From Cladosporium halotolerans (Eukaryota), in assembly GCF_011745625.1 (NCBI RefSeq), contig NW_027191470.1, positions 62,001 to 126,000 of the forward strand: a DNA stretch of 64,000 bases, written 5' to 3'. Each line of letters begins with the position of its first letter. Within the stretch, counting starts at the first letter, position 1. The position numbers were made by a program, and so were the translations under genes. Positions 47,531 to 59,585 of this stretch are shown in pieces. The notes under the pieces were generated by a model. The model did no database searches. It was not told the DNA's origin and worked only from the letters and a program-made list of their open reading frames with translations.

Positions 47531-48704
47531 GACATACACATGTTTGGCATGACACGACTGTCACGATTGCAGTTGCGGTCGATTATTTACGAATAATAAA
47601 ATGAATGTACAAATTCGGAGCTTCCACAGCATGCCTCCTGAGAACTTCGCGGTACACCATGAGGCCCACAACCCGCCAATTTGTTCGAGTCAGTAGTCGC
47701 AACGGTCTTTCGAGCTTCGGACCCGCGTCCGCCTGCCATTGCACTGGACGAGCACACCTCAGAGCCTCCTTGCATTGTATAACGGGTGTAAGCCTACAGT
47801 ACGTCAGGTACAACTGATCTCAATGCTACACAGGGAGAAAGATTCGCAACCACGGAGAGCGATCCGGCGTGCCCTACTTCAGGGTGCCCTATAGCAGTAT
47901 CGAACAAACGCAGGCAGCCAATCATGGTGCGTCTGACCCGAAGAATAGGCGTGGCTTGCCAAGCTTTGCGTTGAAGATCAATTCTCGACATCCTCCGCTA
48001 AGTCCACCCGTGCGATCCCCAGGAACCATCGTCCTCACGTGTGTCAGGAGCACAAGCAACGCCGTCTCTTGCTTGGTGCGCTGATGAGACTGGCAGCTCG
48101 TATTTTGCATCGCATACTTCAGCGTTTCTCATGCCAATCTTGTCACTAGGTAATTCGAATGCGCTCCAGGAACGTCTCCAGGTATGAAGCTCAGGAACTA
48201 CAATCAGTGGTGTCCTACCTGTTAGTCTTTGACGTCTGCGCCATTGACATGATTCACGAGATCTGGTTTCCCGTGTCAGCAAGTGTGCGATTACCACGAT
48301 GGGCTAAACGCCACCTCGACAATCGAGTCAGTGTCTTCGGAACCATGTCATCGGGTCTGCGGATCTACACGTGGTTGGAAGAGCTCCGCTCTACACGAGC
48401 TAAGCTTTGCTTCGCCCCATATTCGGTGCTCCCTCGCGAGTCATAACATTTCAAGGATGCCCTCCTTTACGACTTTTAACAGCAAAGTTCTAGTGGACTC
48501 CTCGCCCGGATGTTTTGCCGAAGAGCTGCCGCTTCTCCCATAGCCAATCATCAACAAGATCATACCGCTTTATTGCACAGACGGTCGATCACTGGATCTC
48601 CAGCAAGGAGCAGCCACGTTGTGTGGGGAGAGCAGAGCCTGATATAATGTGACCTCTGCCCTTCTGAAACGCGCGCGAACCAAGTGCATTCCCTTTGCGA
48701 CACA

Positions 48705-50726
48705 ATGAAGGGCTTCCGATCCGCTGCCACGTGGTCGGCGGTCTTGCTGGCGCAAGCCACTTTGGCACGCGCAGGATTACTTGACCTGTTGTCGTCCATC
48801 GGGGTTGCCGCTCCCATCACACACCCGCTCTTGGAGACCGTCGAATCTGAACTGCAAGGAGAAGGCTTGATCGATGGCACGCTTGGCGCACTTGAAGGGC
48901 TCCTCGGCGGCGAGCAAACGTTCGATTATGTCGTCGTCGGAGGCGGCACAGCTGGCGCGGCCATTGGCACCAGATTGGCTGAGGCAGGGCACAGCGTAGC
49001 CATCATCGAAGCCGGAGGCTACTACGAGATTGAGAAGCCAGTCTTCGGCACCACGCCTGCAGGCAGCTATTTGGGCATTGGAGCAAGCATTCTGGACACC
49101 GTGCCGACGACCGACTGGGCCTTCCTCACCGAGCCACAGGAATTCTTGAACGACCGCAAATTCCACTATGCCAGGGGAAAGTGTCTCGGCGGGAGCAGCG
49201 CCCTGAACTTCATGGTGTATCATCGCGGCACCACGGAGAGCTATCAGAAGTGGGCAGATACTGTTGACGACGAGAGCTACACGCTTGAGAACTTGAAGCC
49301 GTACTTCAACAAAGCTGTGACTTTCACGCCACCGGGAGAGAGATCAAAGTCGAATGTGACTACCAACTACGACCCATCCGCTTTTTCGAGCTCTGGTGGA
49401 GGACCTGTGCAAGTCGGATACAGCCAATGGGTCACGGCATTCGGAACGTACCTTACCAAGGCGTTTAGGTCCCTGGGATTGAAGGAGACCACCGGATTCG
49501 ACAGCGGAGACCTCCTGGGATATCATTACTCGCAAAGCACTTTACGAACCAGCGACCAGACAAGAAGTTCTTCGGTCGCCTATATCCACGCCGCCAACGG
49601 CAGCACTACGACTTCCAAGAATCTCAAGGTCTTCACTCAGACGCAAGCACGAAAGGTTCTGTTCGACACGTCTTCCGGGAGACCTAAGGCTACCGGCGTC
49701 GAGGTAGCTGGTCTTCTGGACCTGATCAAGTACAAGATCCACGCTCGCCATGAAGTGATTCTCTCAGCCGGCACCTTCCAGTCTCCACAGCTTCTCATGC
49801 TATCCGGCATCGGTCCTTCCGACACTCTCGAAGAGTTCGATATCCCCCAGATAGTCAACGCCCCTGGAGTTGGACAAAACATGTGGGACCACGTCCTCTT
49901 CGGACCCTCCTACTCCGTCAAATTTCCTACAGTCGGCTCCGTCATTGTCCGCCCGCTCGAGCTCGCCGCCGCCCTCCTCCAGTACATCACCAGCGCCAGT
50001 GGTCCCCTTACCTACATCGCAGATGTCCTGGGCTGGGAAAAACTCTCCGCCTTACCAGAATACCGCGCGAACCTCAGCTCCTCCGCCCTAGACTCCCTCT
50101 CACAATTCCCTGCCGACTGGCCCGAACTGGAACACATCGGTGCGGACGCCTACGCCGGCACCTGGCGCTTCCCCGTCCTCCAACAACCCCTCGACGGCAA
50201 ACACTACGTGACCCTCCTCGGCGCGCTCGTCGCCCCTCTCTCCCGCGGCAACGTCACGCTCAAATCCTCCAACCCCCTCGTCCCACCCGCCATCAACCCA
50301 AACTGGCTTTCTCACCCAACAGATCGCGAGCTCGTGATCGCGGGCTACAGGCGGCAGCGCGAGATCTTCCGCACGCAAGCCATTAGCTCACAGCTCGAAG
50401 AGATCCATCCCGGCGGCGAAGCCTACCCTGGTCTGGAAGTCGAGAGCGACGAGGAGATCCTCGCGGCAGTGAGGGAGAGTCTCATGACCGTCTGGCACGC
50501 GGCATCGACGTGTCGGATGGGGAAGAGCGTTGTTGGAGAGGACGGAGTCCCGGAGAGAGTTGACGAGATGGATGTTGTCGATAGCCGGGCGAGAGTCTTT
50601 GGCGTCGACGGGCTGAGAGTTGTGGATGCGAGCGCGTTTCCGTTCCTCCCGCCGGGACATCCGCAGAGTACGATTTATGCGCTGGCGGAGAAGATTGCGG
50701 AGGATGTTGTTAAGGGGAGGGATTGA
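48705..50726 (+). CDS. Secreted GMC oxidoreductase (AA3_2-like), intronless
   Basis: Signal peptide, FDYVVVGGGTAG, ARGKCLGGSSALN, VILSAGTFQSPQLLMLSGIG, catalytic WHAASTCRMG and PPGHPQSTIYALAEK. Confidence 0.95.
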   Translation: MKGFRSAATWSAVLLAQATLARAGLLDLLSSIGVAAPITHPLLETVESELQGEGLIDGTLGALEGLLGGEQTFDYVVVGGGTAGAAIGTRLAEAGHSVAIIEAGGYYEIEKPVFGTTPAGSYLGIGASILDTVPTTDWAFLTEPQEFLNDRKFHYARGKCLGGSSALNFMVYHRGTTESYQKWADTVDDESYTLENLKPYFNKAVTFTPPGERSKSNVTTNYDPSAFSSSGGGPVQVGYSQWVTAFGTYLTKAFRSLGLKETTGFDSGDLLGYHYSQSTLRTSDQTRSSSVAYIHAANGSTTTSKNLKVFTQTQARKVLFDTSSGRPKATGVEVAGLLDLIKYKIHARHEVILSAGTFQSPQLLMLSGIGPSDTLEEFDIPQIVNAPGVGQNMWDHVLFGPSYSVKFPTVGSVIVRPLELAAALLQYITSASGPLTYIADVLGWEKLSALPEYRANLSSSALDSLSQFPADWPELEHIGADAYAGTWRFPVLQQPLDGKHYVTLLGALVAPLSRGNVTLKSSNPLVPPAINPNWLSHPTDRELVIAGYRRQREIFRTQAISSQLEEIHPGGEAYPGLEVESDEEILAAVRESLMTVWHAASTCRMGKSVVGEDGVPERVDEMDVVDSRARVFGVDGLRVVDASAFPFLPPGHPQSTIYALAEKIAEDVVKGRD

Positions 50727-51061
50727 TTCGAGGGTGCTCGTTTTTATTGCTTTTCTTCTGCTTTGTTCTTCTTCCCCTGACTTTTCACGTCTCCAATTCC
50801 CTTGCGTCGATTTCTCGCCCTTCTTTCTAGAACACCCTCTTTACTTCGACGACTTTACTTTCGATTCGCAACCATTCACTCAATACATAGAAGCAACTTG
50901 GTCTTGGACCATCCACAAGATATTAAAGATTATCTCTCGATATAGATCACCGACAATTACCGATCCCTTTGGGACCTTTGGGTCGATGCACTACCATCAC
51001 GGCGGCTCATCTACCGAGTCTAATGCTGCACAGGCGCAATGGGCCACACAGGTTCCTCCAC

Positions 51062-52409
51062 CTACTCATACCTGTAACAGAACGGCCCGGCCATGGTGTC
51101 CATGCTCTCACCCAGCGTCATGCGCACATCGCTTGCATAGCCAAGATCCATCTCGTCGTCCAGCGTCCTATAAACCATCAGTCAGCCTTGCTATCCCCAT
51201 CATCGTTAGAAATCACAAAAGGCAAGCAGACTCACGCATTCCTCGAAGGCGGCGAATCCGCCAGCGTAATAGTCCCATACAGCGCGTCCGTCCGCTCCGC
51301 CGGCTTCTGATTCTGCCACATCCACCACACCCTATCGATCTGCGCATGGTGCAAGTAGAACCACGGATCGCCGTTGGAAGACACGAAGTCGCTCCCCGGA
51401 TCGCCGCCGATGGTAAAGTGCCCCGCGGTGTGCACGCCCATGAAGTTGTCCACGAAAGCCGGCACGCCGCCCTGCATGTTCGCCCAGAAGCAGAAGATGC
51501 CGTCGCAGTCCAGCAGCGCCTTCACCTGCGCGTCGCTCGTCCACTGCGACGACGTCCAGGGCGAGATGTCGCGCTTCAGGCAGCGCGGGTTGTAGCCCAG
51601 GCCGAACTGGGGGTTCGCGAAGTCCATGATGGGGTTGGGCGGCGTGCAGGTCAGGTCGCTGAAGACGGGGCCGAGGTTCATGCCGAAGTCCTTGAAGGGC
51701 CCGTCTTTCAGGCAGCCGCCGCCGGCGCCGTGCGGGATGAGGATGTTGGGCTGCGCGTTGGTGGGGATGCCGTAGCCGGCCTGCTCGGTGCAGCCGAGCT
51801 CGCCGTTGCCGCTCATGCTGGTGTCGGAGCCGTCGAGGGCGGGTGAGGCGGCTGGGTCGGAGGCCCAGAGCGGCCAGTTGTAGTACGGCTGGTAGCCGGT
51901 GTAGCCGCACTCGTCGCGCAGGGCGGTCTCGTAGGCCCAAGTCAGGTAGCGGTGCCAGCCGAGGAAGTTGCCCGTGTTGTGGACGGAGAAGGTCTGGTTG
52001 ATGTGCGTGGCGACGAAGTCGTCGTAGCGGCGGCGGACGCCGGGGGCGGCGGAGAGGGGTGTTTTGGGTGGCAGGGTGCCGAGGCATTGCACGGCGGCGA
52101 TGTATTCTTTGCGCTGGGTTTTGGAGAGCGCGCTCCTGTTGTGGAGTGTTAGTGGCGTGGGTAGTTGGAGGTGGGTATGGCATGCGCGCACCATTCTTTG
52201 CGGACTACGGTGTTGTTGGCGTTGCAGGTGGTCCAGGAATTGGACGCTTTGGAACTTTGATAGTCTTGCTGGTTGATCCAGGCTCGCCTTGAGTATTCAT
52301 CGGTCTCCAGTGCATCCTGGCCAGTCTCGTTGCGATATCGTTCAATTGCAGCAGCCGAAACGAGAGGAAGAGCGGCCACAGCTGTGAGCAGGAGCTGCCG
52401 TTGAACCAT
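51062..52409 (-). CDS. Secreted short tyrosinase / polyphenol oxidase (type-3 dicopper), 3 exons
   Basis: Signal peptide. Introns 52136-52191 and 51168-51235. CuA HINQTFSVH...FLGWHR, CuB HTAGH...DPWFYLHHAQIDR. Ends FCYRYE with no C-terminal shielding domain. Confidence 0.93.
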
Positions 52410-53835
52410 TGTGGAGGGGATAAGAATACTGTGGCAAATCTCTGAACTCGACGCTGGTCTTCACACCAGGAGCAATGTCTGTTGAATAGAGCAAGATCAT
52501 TTAAGTCAGAGGAGGTCCCATATAATAGTCCAGGTCCAAGCCAACACTCCTTGTCGGCAAAAGAGTCCTGGCCTTGTGGCCCAAGTGCCGTGATTTGCTT
52601 CATCGCGGAGAGATCCAGAAGAGGTCGATAGAGCGATCATGGACCCTCTAGACCCGTACACAGAAGGTCGTAGCGGAGGGGCGAGGGCCAGATGATATTG
52701 TTGTGAGATCCTACCAATCGGCGAGCACCATACTAGATATCATTGGCTCTCAGCAGGGCAGTGTCAGGGTCCACTAGTGAGCCGGCCTCATTCTCGAAAA
52801 GGTCTAATGTAGATATGCAGGCATACTCGGTGGACATCGTGGTATCTTCGAGCGGGGCTTGAGTGCACTGCAGGCTTGATGAATCAGGATCGTTCGTGGC
52901 AGGGATTCTCAAGCGTTGAGCCACATGGGTCCGCTCCAGCCGGGGAATACCTTCCGGGATCCTGGAGAGGGCGCTTGTTCTGTTTCGGCACTCGCCTATA
53001 CTATTGTTTGCTTCGACATGGGTTTGCATGGCACCGTGCTGAAGGAGGATGGATGTGCGTGGAGGTATTGCAGAAAGCGGCAGTGTGCTTGGGCGAGTTC
53101 GGCTGGAACGTGCCAGTGGCGAGTTTGGCAAAGTCGTCGAGCTGGGCCGAGCAGCCATTGTACTCCATGTCGCATCAAGACACCTTTACTATACCATTCT
53201 CTCATCGACAGTACGACAGACTTATACACGGTCGCTCTTTGCTGCCCATCCAAGATTTTTCATCCAAGATTTTCGGTACCACAGATGCGCGTGCCTACAG
53301 GATCCGGCATGGTGAAACATGGAGCTCGGCACCTAGCTATCCGCATCTGCAGAAGCAAGCACGTGGTGTGAAGAAGAAATCAGCCCTAGCTCAATCATCA
53401 GCTCGCTTGCGGCAGAGTGTGAAGCGACGCGCATCGGCCGAATCACCTGTACCGGTGGCATTCCATCGATAGCCAAAAGGTCGAATCTCCTGCATCAGGC
53501 TTGGGGAACCCATCTTCCGTGCCGAGGATCCTTGCAATGTCTGAGACTGCCGCGTGGTGACACAACCGAGCCACTCGATCCAATAGTTGATAGTGCGAAG
53601 TTGCTCGGATCGCTGGAAGCGAGCTGCGGTATCTTCCCCTACTTGGAGGCGCCTTCAGAGGCCGCAGACATGCAGGTTCATCGCGCAGAGAACAGAGCGC
53701 TCGAATGTGCCAGCGCCAGTATCATTTACAGGTGATGTCTCTCTATAATGTGAGGAGCGCCGCGGTGGCCAGCCTCTTCCTGGTCTTGCAGCTTCATCGT
53801 TTCTTGAGTCCCATTGAAACTGCCAGCAGTAACAG

Positions 53836-55343
53836 ATGCCAATGGTTTACATGGACAACCTTGCTCTAAACCTGCAGAAAAGGCAGGGCGCCTTCCCATT
53901 CCCTGAGCCAACAGTCCCAGAAGATCAGATCAAAGACGAGCGAGCTGAGATCCTTGCCATCGTCGGAACTCTCTATGGCGTTGCCGCAACCGCAGTGTTG
54001 TTACGGCTATGGGTTCGCATCAGACTGATCAAGGCCTTTGGTAAGCTTCGATTATTCGGCAGCGTTGAATTGACTTCAATCTAATGTTACCCAGGTCTTG
54101 ACGACTGGCTGATGTGTATTGCAATGGTGGGTCATCCCTCTCCTCTATTCACACTTAGGGCAAGCTTTTGCTAATCACGACTCAGCTACTTTGCACTGCT
54201 ACTCTCATATGCATAGTCCGCATGTCGTTCTACGGACTCGGCAGACATGTCGAAATTCTTTTGTATCACCCAGACTGGTGGGCACCTCTTGCAATATGGA
54301 GGTATCTGTACGCGATCTTTGTTATCCTCGCCTACAGTTTCATCAAGCTGTCCATCGGTGTCTTCTTGTTGCGTTTGACGAAGGGCACCAAATACACAAG
54401 ATGGATCCAAGGGATCCAAGGTCTGTCAGCTCGACTGCTATCTGACCTCTAGACGCTTCAAGCTGACCCGTGAATAGTGTTCTTGGTGCTCTTTACGATT
54501 GGCTCGGTGCTGGCGATCATCCTCCAATGCAAGCCAGTCGCGGCCGCGTATGACTTCACACTCATGGAGCATGCTAAGTGCTACCCCATCGACACTTTCG
54601 TCAAAATCGGCGTCTTCAACAGCGGTGAGTGTTCATACCTAGTTCCACCATGCCCGTCATTCTCGTGCTGATGCTCGCGATAGCAATCAACATCGCTACT
54701 GACTTGCTGTTCGCGACCCTGCCGATTCCCATACTCTGGAACCTTCAAGTCAGCGTTCGCACAAGAATCGGCCTCGTCAGTGTCCTGAGCCTGGGATACT
54801 TCGCGGCTGCGACCGCGATCTACAAAACGCCCATTCAATATCACTTCTTTGAAGAGCCTGACCAGACTGGCAAGAGTGCTTGGTACTGTGAGTGTCTCCC
54901 GTGACTTGGATAGTTCATTTTCATAACGACCAGCTCGCTAACATATCAACCCAGACGTCTGGCAAATCGTGGAGATGGACGTTGGTATCCTCGCCGCCTG
55001 CCTCCCAACCCTCAAGCCTCTCTTCACCAGGACCGTCGACATGGCCCGCAAGTACGCCAGTTCCCGCTCCGGCACATCAGGCGCCTCAAGCCGCTCCCGG
55101 CGCCCGACCGGCCAGTCAGCGAACAACGTGTTCGGCCTAGGTCTCGGGAGTCATTACAGTGCGCACGTGCAGCCCGGAGATCGGGCGAACAAAGCAGGGC
55201 GCAAACATCACTCCGTCTACGGCCATTGGGATCCAATGACCAGAGATTGCGAGAGCGATGAGTTCCCGCTCCAAGAAGGGAAGGGTACGCCGGCGGAGCA
55301 AAGCAATAGTATTGTTAGGACGAGGGAGGTGTTGGTCGAATAG
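53836..55343 (+). CDS. PTH11-like / fungal rhodopsin-domain 7-TM protein (no CFEM), 6 exons
   Basis: Introns 54041-54094, 54127-54185, 54421-54477, 54625-54683 and 54888-54954. Motifs LRLWVR..FG-LDDW, GLGRH, IKLSI..LLRL, CKP, NIATDLLFATLPIP and EMDVGILAACLPTLKPLF. Confidence 0.9.
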
Positions 55344-55441
55344 GTTCAGAGTGTTTGGATGAGTCTCTTATACGCACCTCGGTCTGTTGACTTGGGGGTC
55401 TTACTTTGGTAGCAACAGTACGAATCTAGCATTTTTAGTGT

Positions 55442-55858
55442 CTACACATCCGCCAAAACCCCACCCGCAAGCCCCAACAGCGCTATCAACGCCCAGCCTC
55501 CCCAGCTCCGCAGTCCCGGCGCAGCCGACGTGCTCGGGTAATTGGGCGTATTGCAATAAGAAGTCCGGGGCCTCGTGAGGTTATAGACGTTTGCTTGTCT
55601 ACACAAGCACTCCGCAAAGTCCTCATTGAACATCAAGCCATCTTCCGCGCTCATGTTGGAGCTGGGAAGTGATGTCGGGACATGGTCTGGACTGCAGAGG
55701 GACATTTCTGGGCATGACAGCGTTAGCCGGATATTTTTGATGGTTTTGAGAATGCAGCTTGGAACTTACTGTTGGATTGGGTCTCGGCTGGTTGAAGCCT
55801 TTGCAAGGCGTTTCTTGGGGCCGATGGTACTACGCCCTCGGGGGTAAGACAGCCTTGT
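55442..55858 (-). other. Possible fragment of a small Cys-containing GPI-anchored protein gene, 5' end not found
   Basis: Canonical intron 55708-55769 (GTAAG...CTAAC...CAG) joins two open segments in frame. Ends in a hydrophobic GPI-like tail (WGGWALIALLGLAGGVLADV). No start codon or signal peptide identified. Confidence 0.3.
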
Positions 55859-56303
55859 CTAGATTAGAGCAAAGATCAGATGTGAGCCAAGGAGCAATCT
55901 TGCTTCGTGTGTAAGCTGGAGAGACCTGGGGCTTGGAAATAGAACGCAGCTCAGGTGAGGAATTGTGTGTTCTCCATCTCGGCTACGTAAGGCGGTATGC
56001 TGAGTCGAACATCGCGCTGAGGATTCCTTCCGTGGTCTGACCGCGAATCAATACAGCGGTCACCCTGTAGCCTGTGCCCATTTCTTGTGCCGAAACATTT
56101 TTAAAATAGTACCCACAGAAGGATCAGGATTCGACCCACTTAGCTGCTGTGATTGCGATCAGTCACGTCTCGGCTAGCTACGTTATTAAGAAGCAGTCGC
56201 TAAATCAATGCTTTCATGGATGTCTTTCTCATCCTAACTACAGCTTAAACTACACATGTATCTCCATAGACAACCGTGGACTACACCGACCAAGAGCTTG
56301 CAC

Positions 56304-58750
56304 TCATATATCTTTCACGAAGCCAATCTCGACCAATCGATCGATCGGCACCTTCAAATTCGCCATCTTGCTGCGGGTGTTGTGGCGGATAAATAAGAAG
56401 ATAGAGAGCAAGAAAGACCGCCATAGCGGCGATTTGGTTCCAATCTTCATCTCTTCTTTGCCAATGACATACACAATCCGATGCGCGTAAGATGCTTCAA
56501 GCGAAGCAAGGGCGTTGGCCAGCTCAGCTTGGCTGGAGACAGTGACGTTTGTTAAGGGTTTCTCGTCCAGAGATGTTGAGTGACTGTCAACGATTTCGGA
56601 CGACAGTTCTGCAGCTCCGGTGCGCTGGTAAGACTTGCGGGAGTGTCGCTGGATGATGTGTCTTCTCACTTGTTCCAACACAATAGACGCAAGATCGGGT
56701 GTGACAACTTCGTCCATGTAGCCATAGCGTATCATCAGGCGATAACAATTCGGCCAAGGCAAGTCGTAGACGAAAAAGCGGTCCTCGTCTGCCACCGTCG
56801 GCCTCTCTACGGCACGCAGATTGAGGAAGACGGTGGTCTCCGGCCTTGTCACCAGCTTTTCGAGGAACTGGCTGAACACCATGGGTGTACTTCCGTCCCC
56901 GATCTTGTCGAAAAAGATGCCAAAGCCGCGGTTCGTGGAGACCGGCTCATTGTCATGACGCGCAAGGCGGTAGACATCGTCTGCATCCTTCCTTGCGAAC
57001 TTGGACAGCGGTGCACGGTCTGCAGCCTCGGCGGCCCATTGCTGTTCTTTTCCGAAACGCCAGACGATGAAGAACGTGGCTAGGATTGCGGCGAGGGTCA
57101 AAGTGAACCACGCACCCAAAGGCACTTTGGTCATGGCGGCAGATAGGAAAGCTCCATCCAGCGTAGCAATGACCGTAGCTGGGAAAGCGACGAAATACCA
57201 TGGAACCAACCAGACGATCAATGCGACCATTGTTACCAGACATGTGTCGAAGAAAGTGACGAGGATGACGCAGACTCCATAGGCGTTTCCAAGGGATGTT
57301 GTGTTGTTGTAGACAGCTGTGACGATGATCGTACCGATCATGAGCAGCCAGTTGGCTAGAGGAACGTACAGCTGGTTGTGAAACACCTTAGAGGTGTGAA
57401 CGATCTTGATCGAAGGGAAGTAGCTGAGCTTGGTGATCTGCGCGATGAGTTGGAAGGTCGCGGTGATGATAGCTTGAGATGCCACGACAGCAGCAAGCAC
57501 GGCTAGTATCATCGTGGGAATAAGTGTGCCTTTAGGTGCGGTGTAGAACACAGGATAGGAGTATGCCTCAGGATGCACGGAGATATAGGCGGCTTGACCA
57601 CTGTAGGTCAACAGCAAGAGGGGGAGGCACCAGCTAAGCCAACTGATCTGGATCGCTTTTCTACTGAATGCGCCGAGATCCTAGTCAAGTAAGTCAGCCT
57701 CTGATTGACAATTTGAGATGCAACAAAGCAATGACGTACGGCAAACAGCGCCTCCAATCCGGTGAAGCATAGCAGAACGCCACCAAGGCTATGCCATCCC
57801 TCCTCTCTATGGCGGATCAAGTATGAGAAAGCCTCGCCAGGGTTGAAGGCCTTCAGCACTGTGTAGTCGTACTTGATAAGATTGAAAAGTCCGATGCCGC
57901 CTATCCATCCTAGCCAGACGACAACAATCGGAGCGAATGAAGATGCAACCTTGGTCGTCCCGAATGGCTGGATCAAAAACAAGAATACAAGCGTACCGCA
58001 CGTTGCTCCCACGACAGTCGACGTCTTGACCGTGGTGATGACGTTGAGTCCTTGGTAGGCTCCGAGCACCGATTGTGCTGGGGTCAGCACACCATCTGCG
58101 ATGACGAGTGAGACGGCGAGCACCCCAATTGCCTTTAGCAAGCCACGAAAGAAAGCACTCTTCTCGATGCGAGCTCGAATGGATCGGTTGCCAGATGGCA
58201 TCTCTCCAGTGAGCACACGTTGTATCTTGAGCGAATGCGCTTCTTTTGGATCGATGTTTGCCAGGTTCGCGTAGCGTGAAAGCAAAGAATAGCATGAGAA
58301 GGTACCACCCTCGCCTTCGTTGTCTGCGCGCAAGATCACGAAAACGTATTTCAGTGTTACCATGGTCAGCAGTGACCAGATAATCAATGAGAGTATCCCG
58401 ACCAGGTCTGCTTTCGAGGGGCTGGATGTGAATGTCGAAGAGTACACATATAGGGGTGAAGTTCCAATGTCGCCGTAGATGACACCCATCGATTGGTATG
58501 CAAGCCATAGTAGATTGCGCCCTTGAAAATTCTGGCGTACTCGGTGATCTATCGGCAGGTTCTGGGCCTCTGATGCAGAATCATCTCCGCTGACGCTGGA
58601 TTGAGCTTTGGGTTCCTCTTTTTCCGAACCTACAACCGCATTTGAAGGAATTCGCGAGAAGACAATACCGGGACCGTCTCTGGAATCGCTCATATGGCTG
58701 TGGGTTCGATGGATCGCATCTTCATGGAAACGTATTGCTGTTGCGACCAT
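56304..58750 (-). CDS. High-affinity potassium transporter (KUP/HAK/KT family), one intron (57681-57739)
   Basis: GVIYGDIGTSPLY, NEGEGGTF, DGVLTPAQSVL, GLEALFA-DLGAF, LGNAYG and RYGYMD. Confidence 0.95.
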
Positions 58751-59585
58751 GGCTTGGTCGTTGGATAGCTGGGTAGGTCGATGTTTGTTAGGTGACAAGG
58801 TGGAGCTGCATCAAGTTTCGCAAGACCGAGGACGATACGTAGAATGCGGCGACAGGAAGACCGTCCTGCTAGATTTATCAGAGCCATGGCTGTACACCTA
58901 ATGGATCTTTCCGGTCTGACAGAAAAAATTCGTGTGCAGTCGCAAAGCGAATCCATCGTTATCTCTCGCCGTCGAATACAAAATGTCATCAACGATATGC
59001 CGTCGTATGCCTACTGGTCAACAGTGCGCACAAATTGCGCCGGCGATCTGGTTTTGGGTAGCTTTGGGGGTGGCTGTGGGCGGCCTGGAAGCTCAAAAAT
59101 CACTCATCAAGCGTCTCATAAATGCCGCAACGCCAGCTCCGCTGTGATGAACCGGGCAAAGCGTAGTTTCCCACATACTGCCTTCCACATGCCGACTGGA
59201 GCATGAAGAAAGCATATTACTTTGGTTTCGACTCGCGGGATCACCACGTGGAATGTCTCATGGCACCACGTGTCGCCTTATCTGCACTGCGGTGTCACCA
59301 CATCTGCGCTATTTCTCTCCAAGCGCCTTGAAGTCCAGCGCCCTGCATGGTACTAGGCAGTTCCTTCGCTTATGCTGCGCGTCTAGTACCCACTTCGTGA
59401 TCTCGGCGGCCTGTCATTTGCGCCTTCATTAGTGCTTGGCGTTGCTTGGGTGAGCTTACACCAAACCCTTGTTTACGTCGACGAGCTCTGATGGCCACGT
59501 CAACCAAAGCCTCGTTGGCCACTCTTCAGCTTCCCCTCAAGCTAAGCTTGCCCTCAGTCACACAATATTCCAATGTGAAATATCG

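Noticed and set aside
52733..53472. ORFs of 141-198 aa between the tyrosinase and PTH11-like genes
   Set aside because: No motifs or coding bias. Likely the shared promoter.
48705..55343. Ustiloxin-type RiPP cluster suggested by the UstQ-like tyrosinase
   Set aside because: No repeat-containing Kex2-processed precursor and no DUF3328/UstY gene in the window.
56100..56200. B-box-like GGGTCGAATCC on the minus strand
   Set aside because: Could not fold a cloverleaf or find a matching A-box. Probably the 3' region of the HAK gene.
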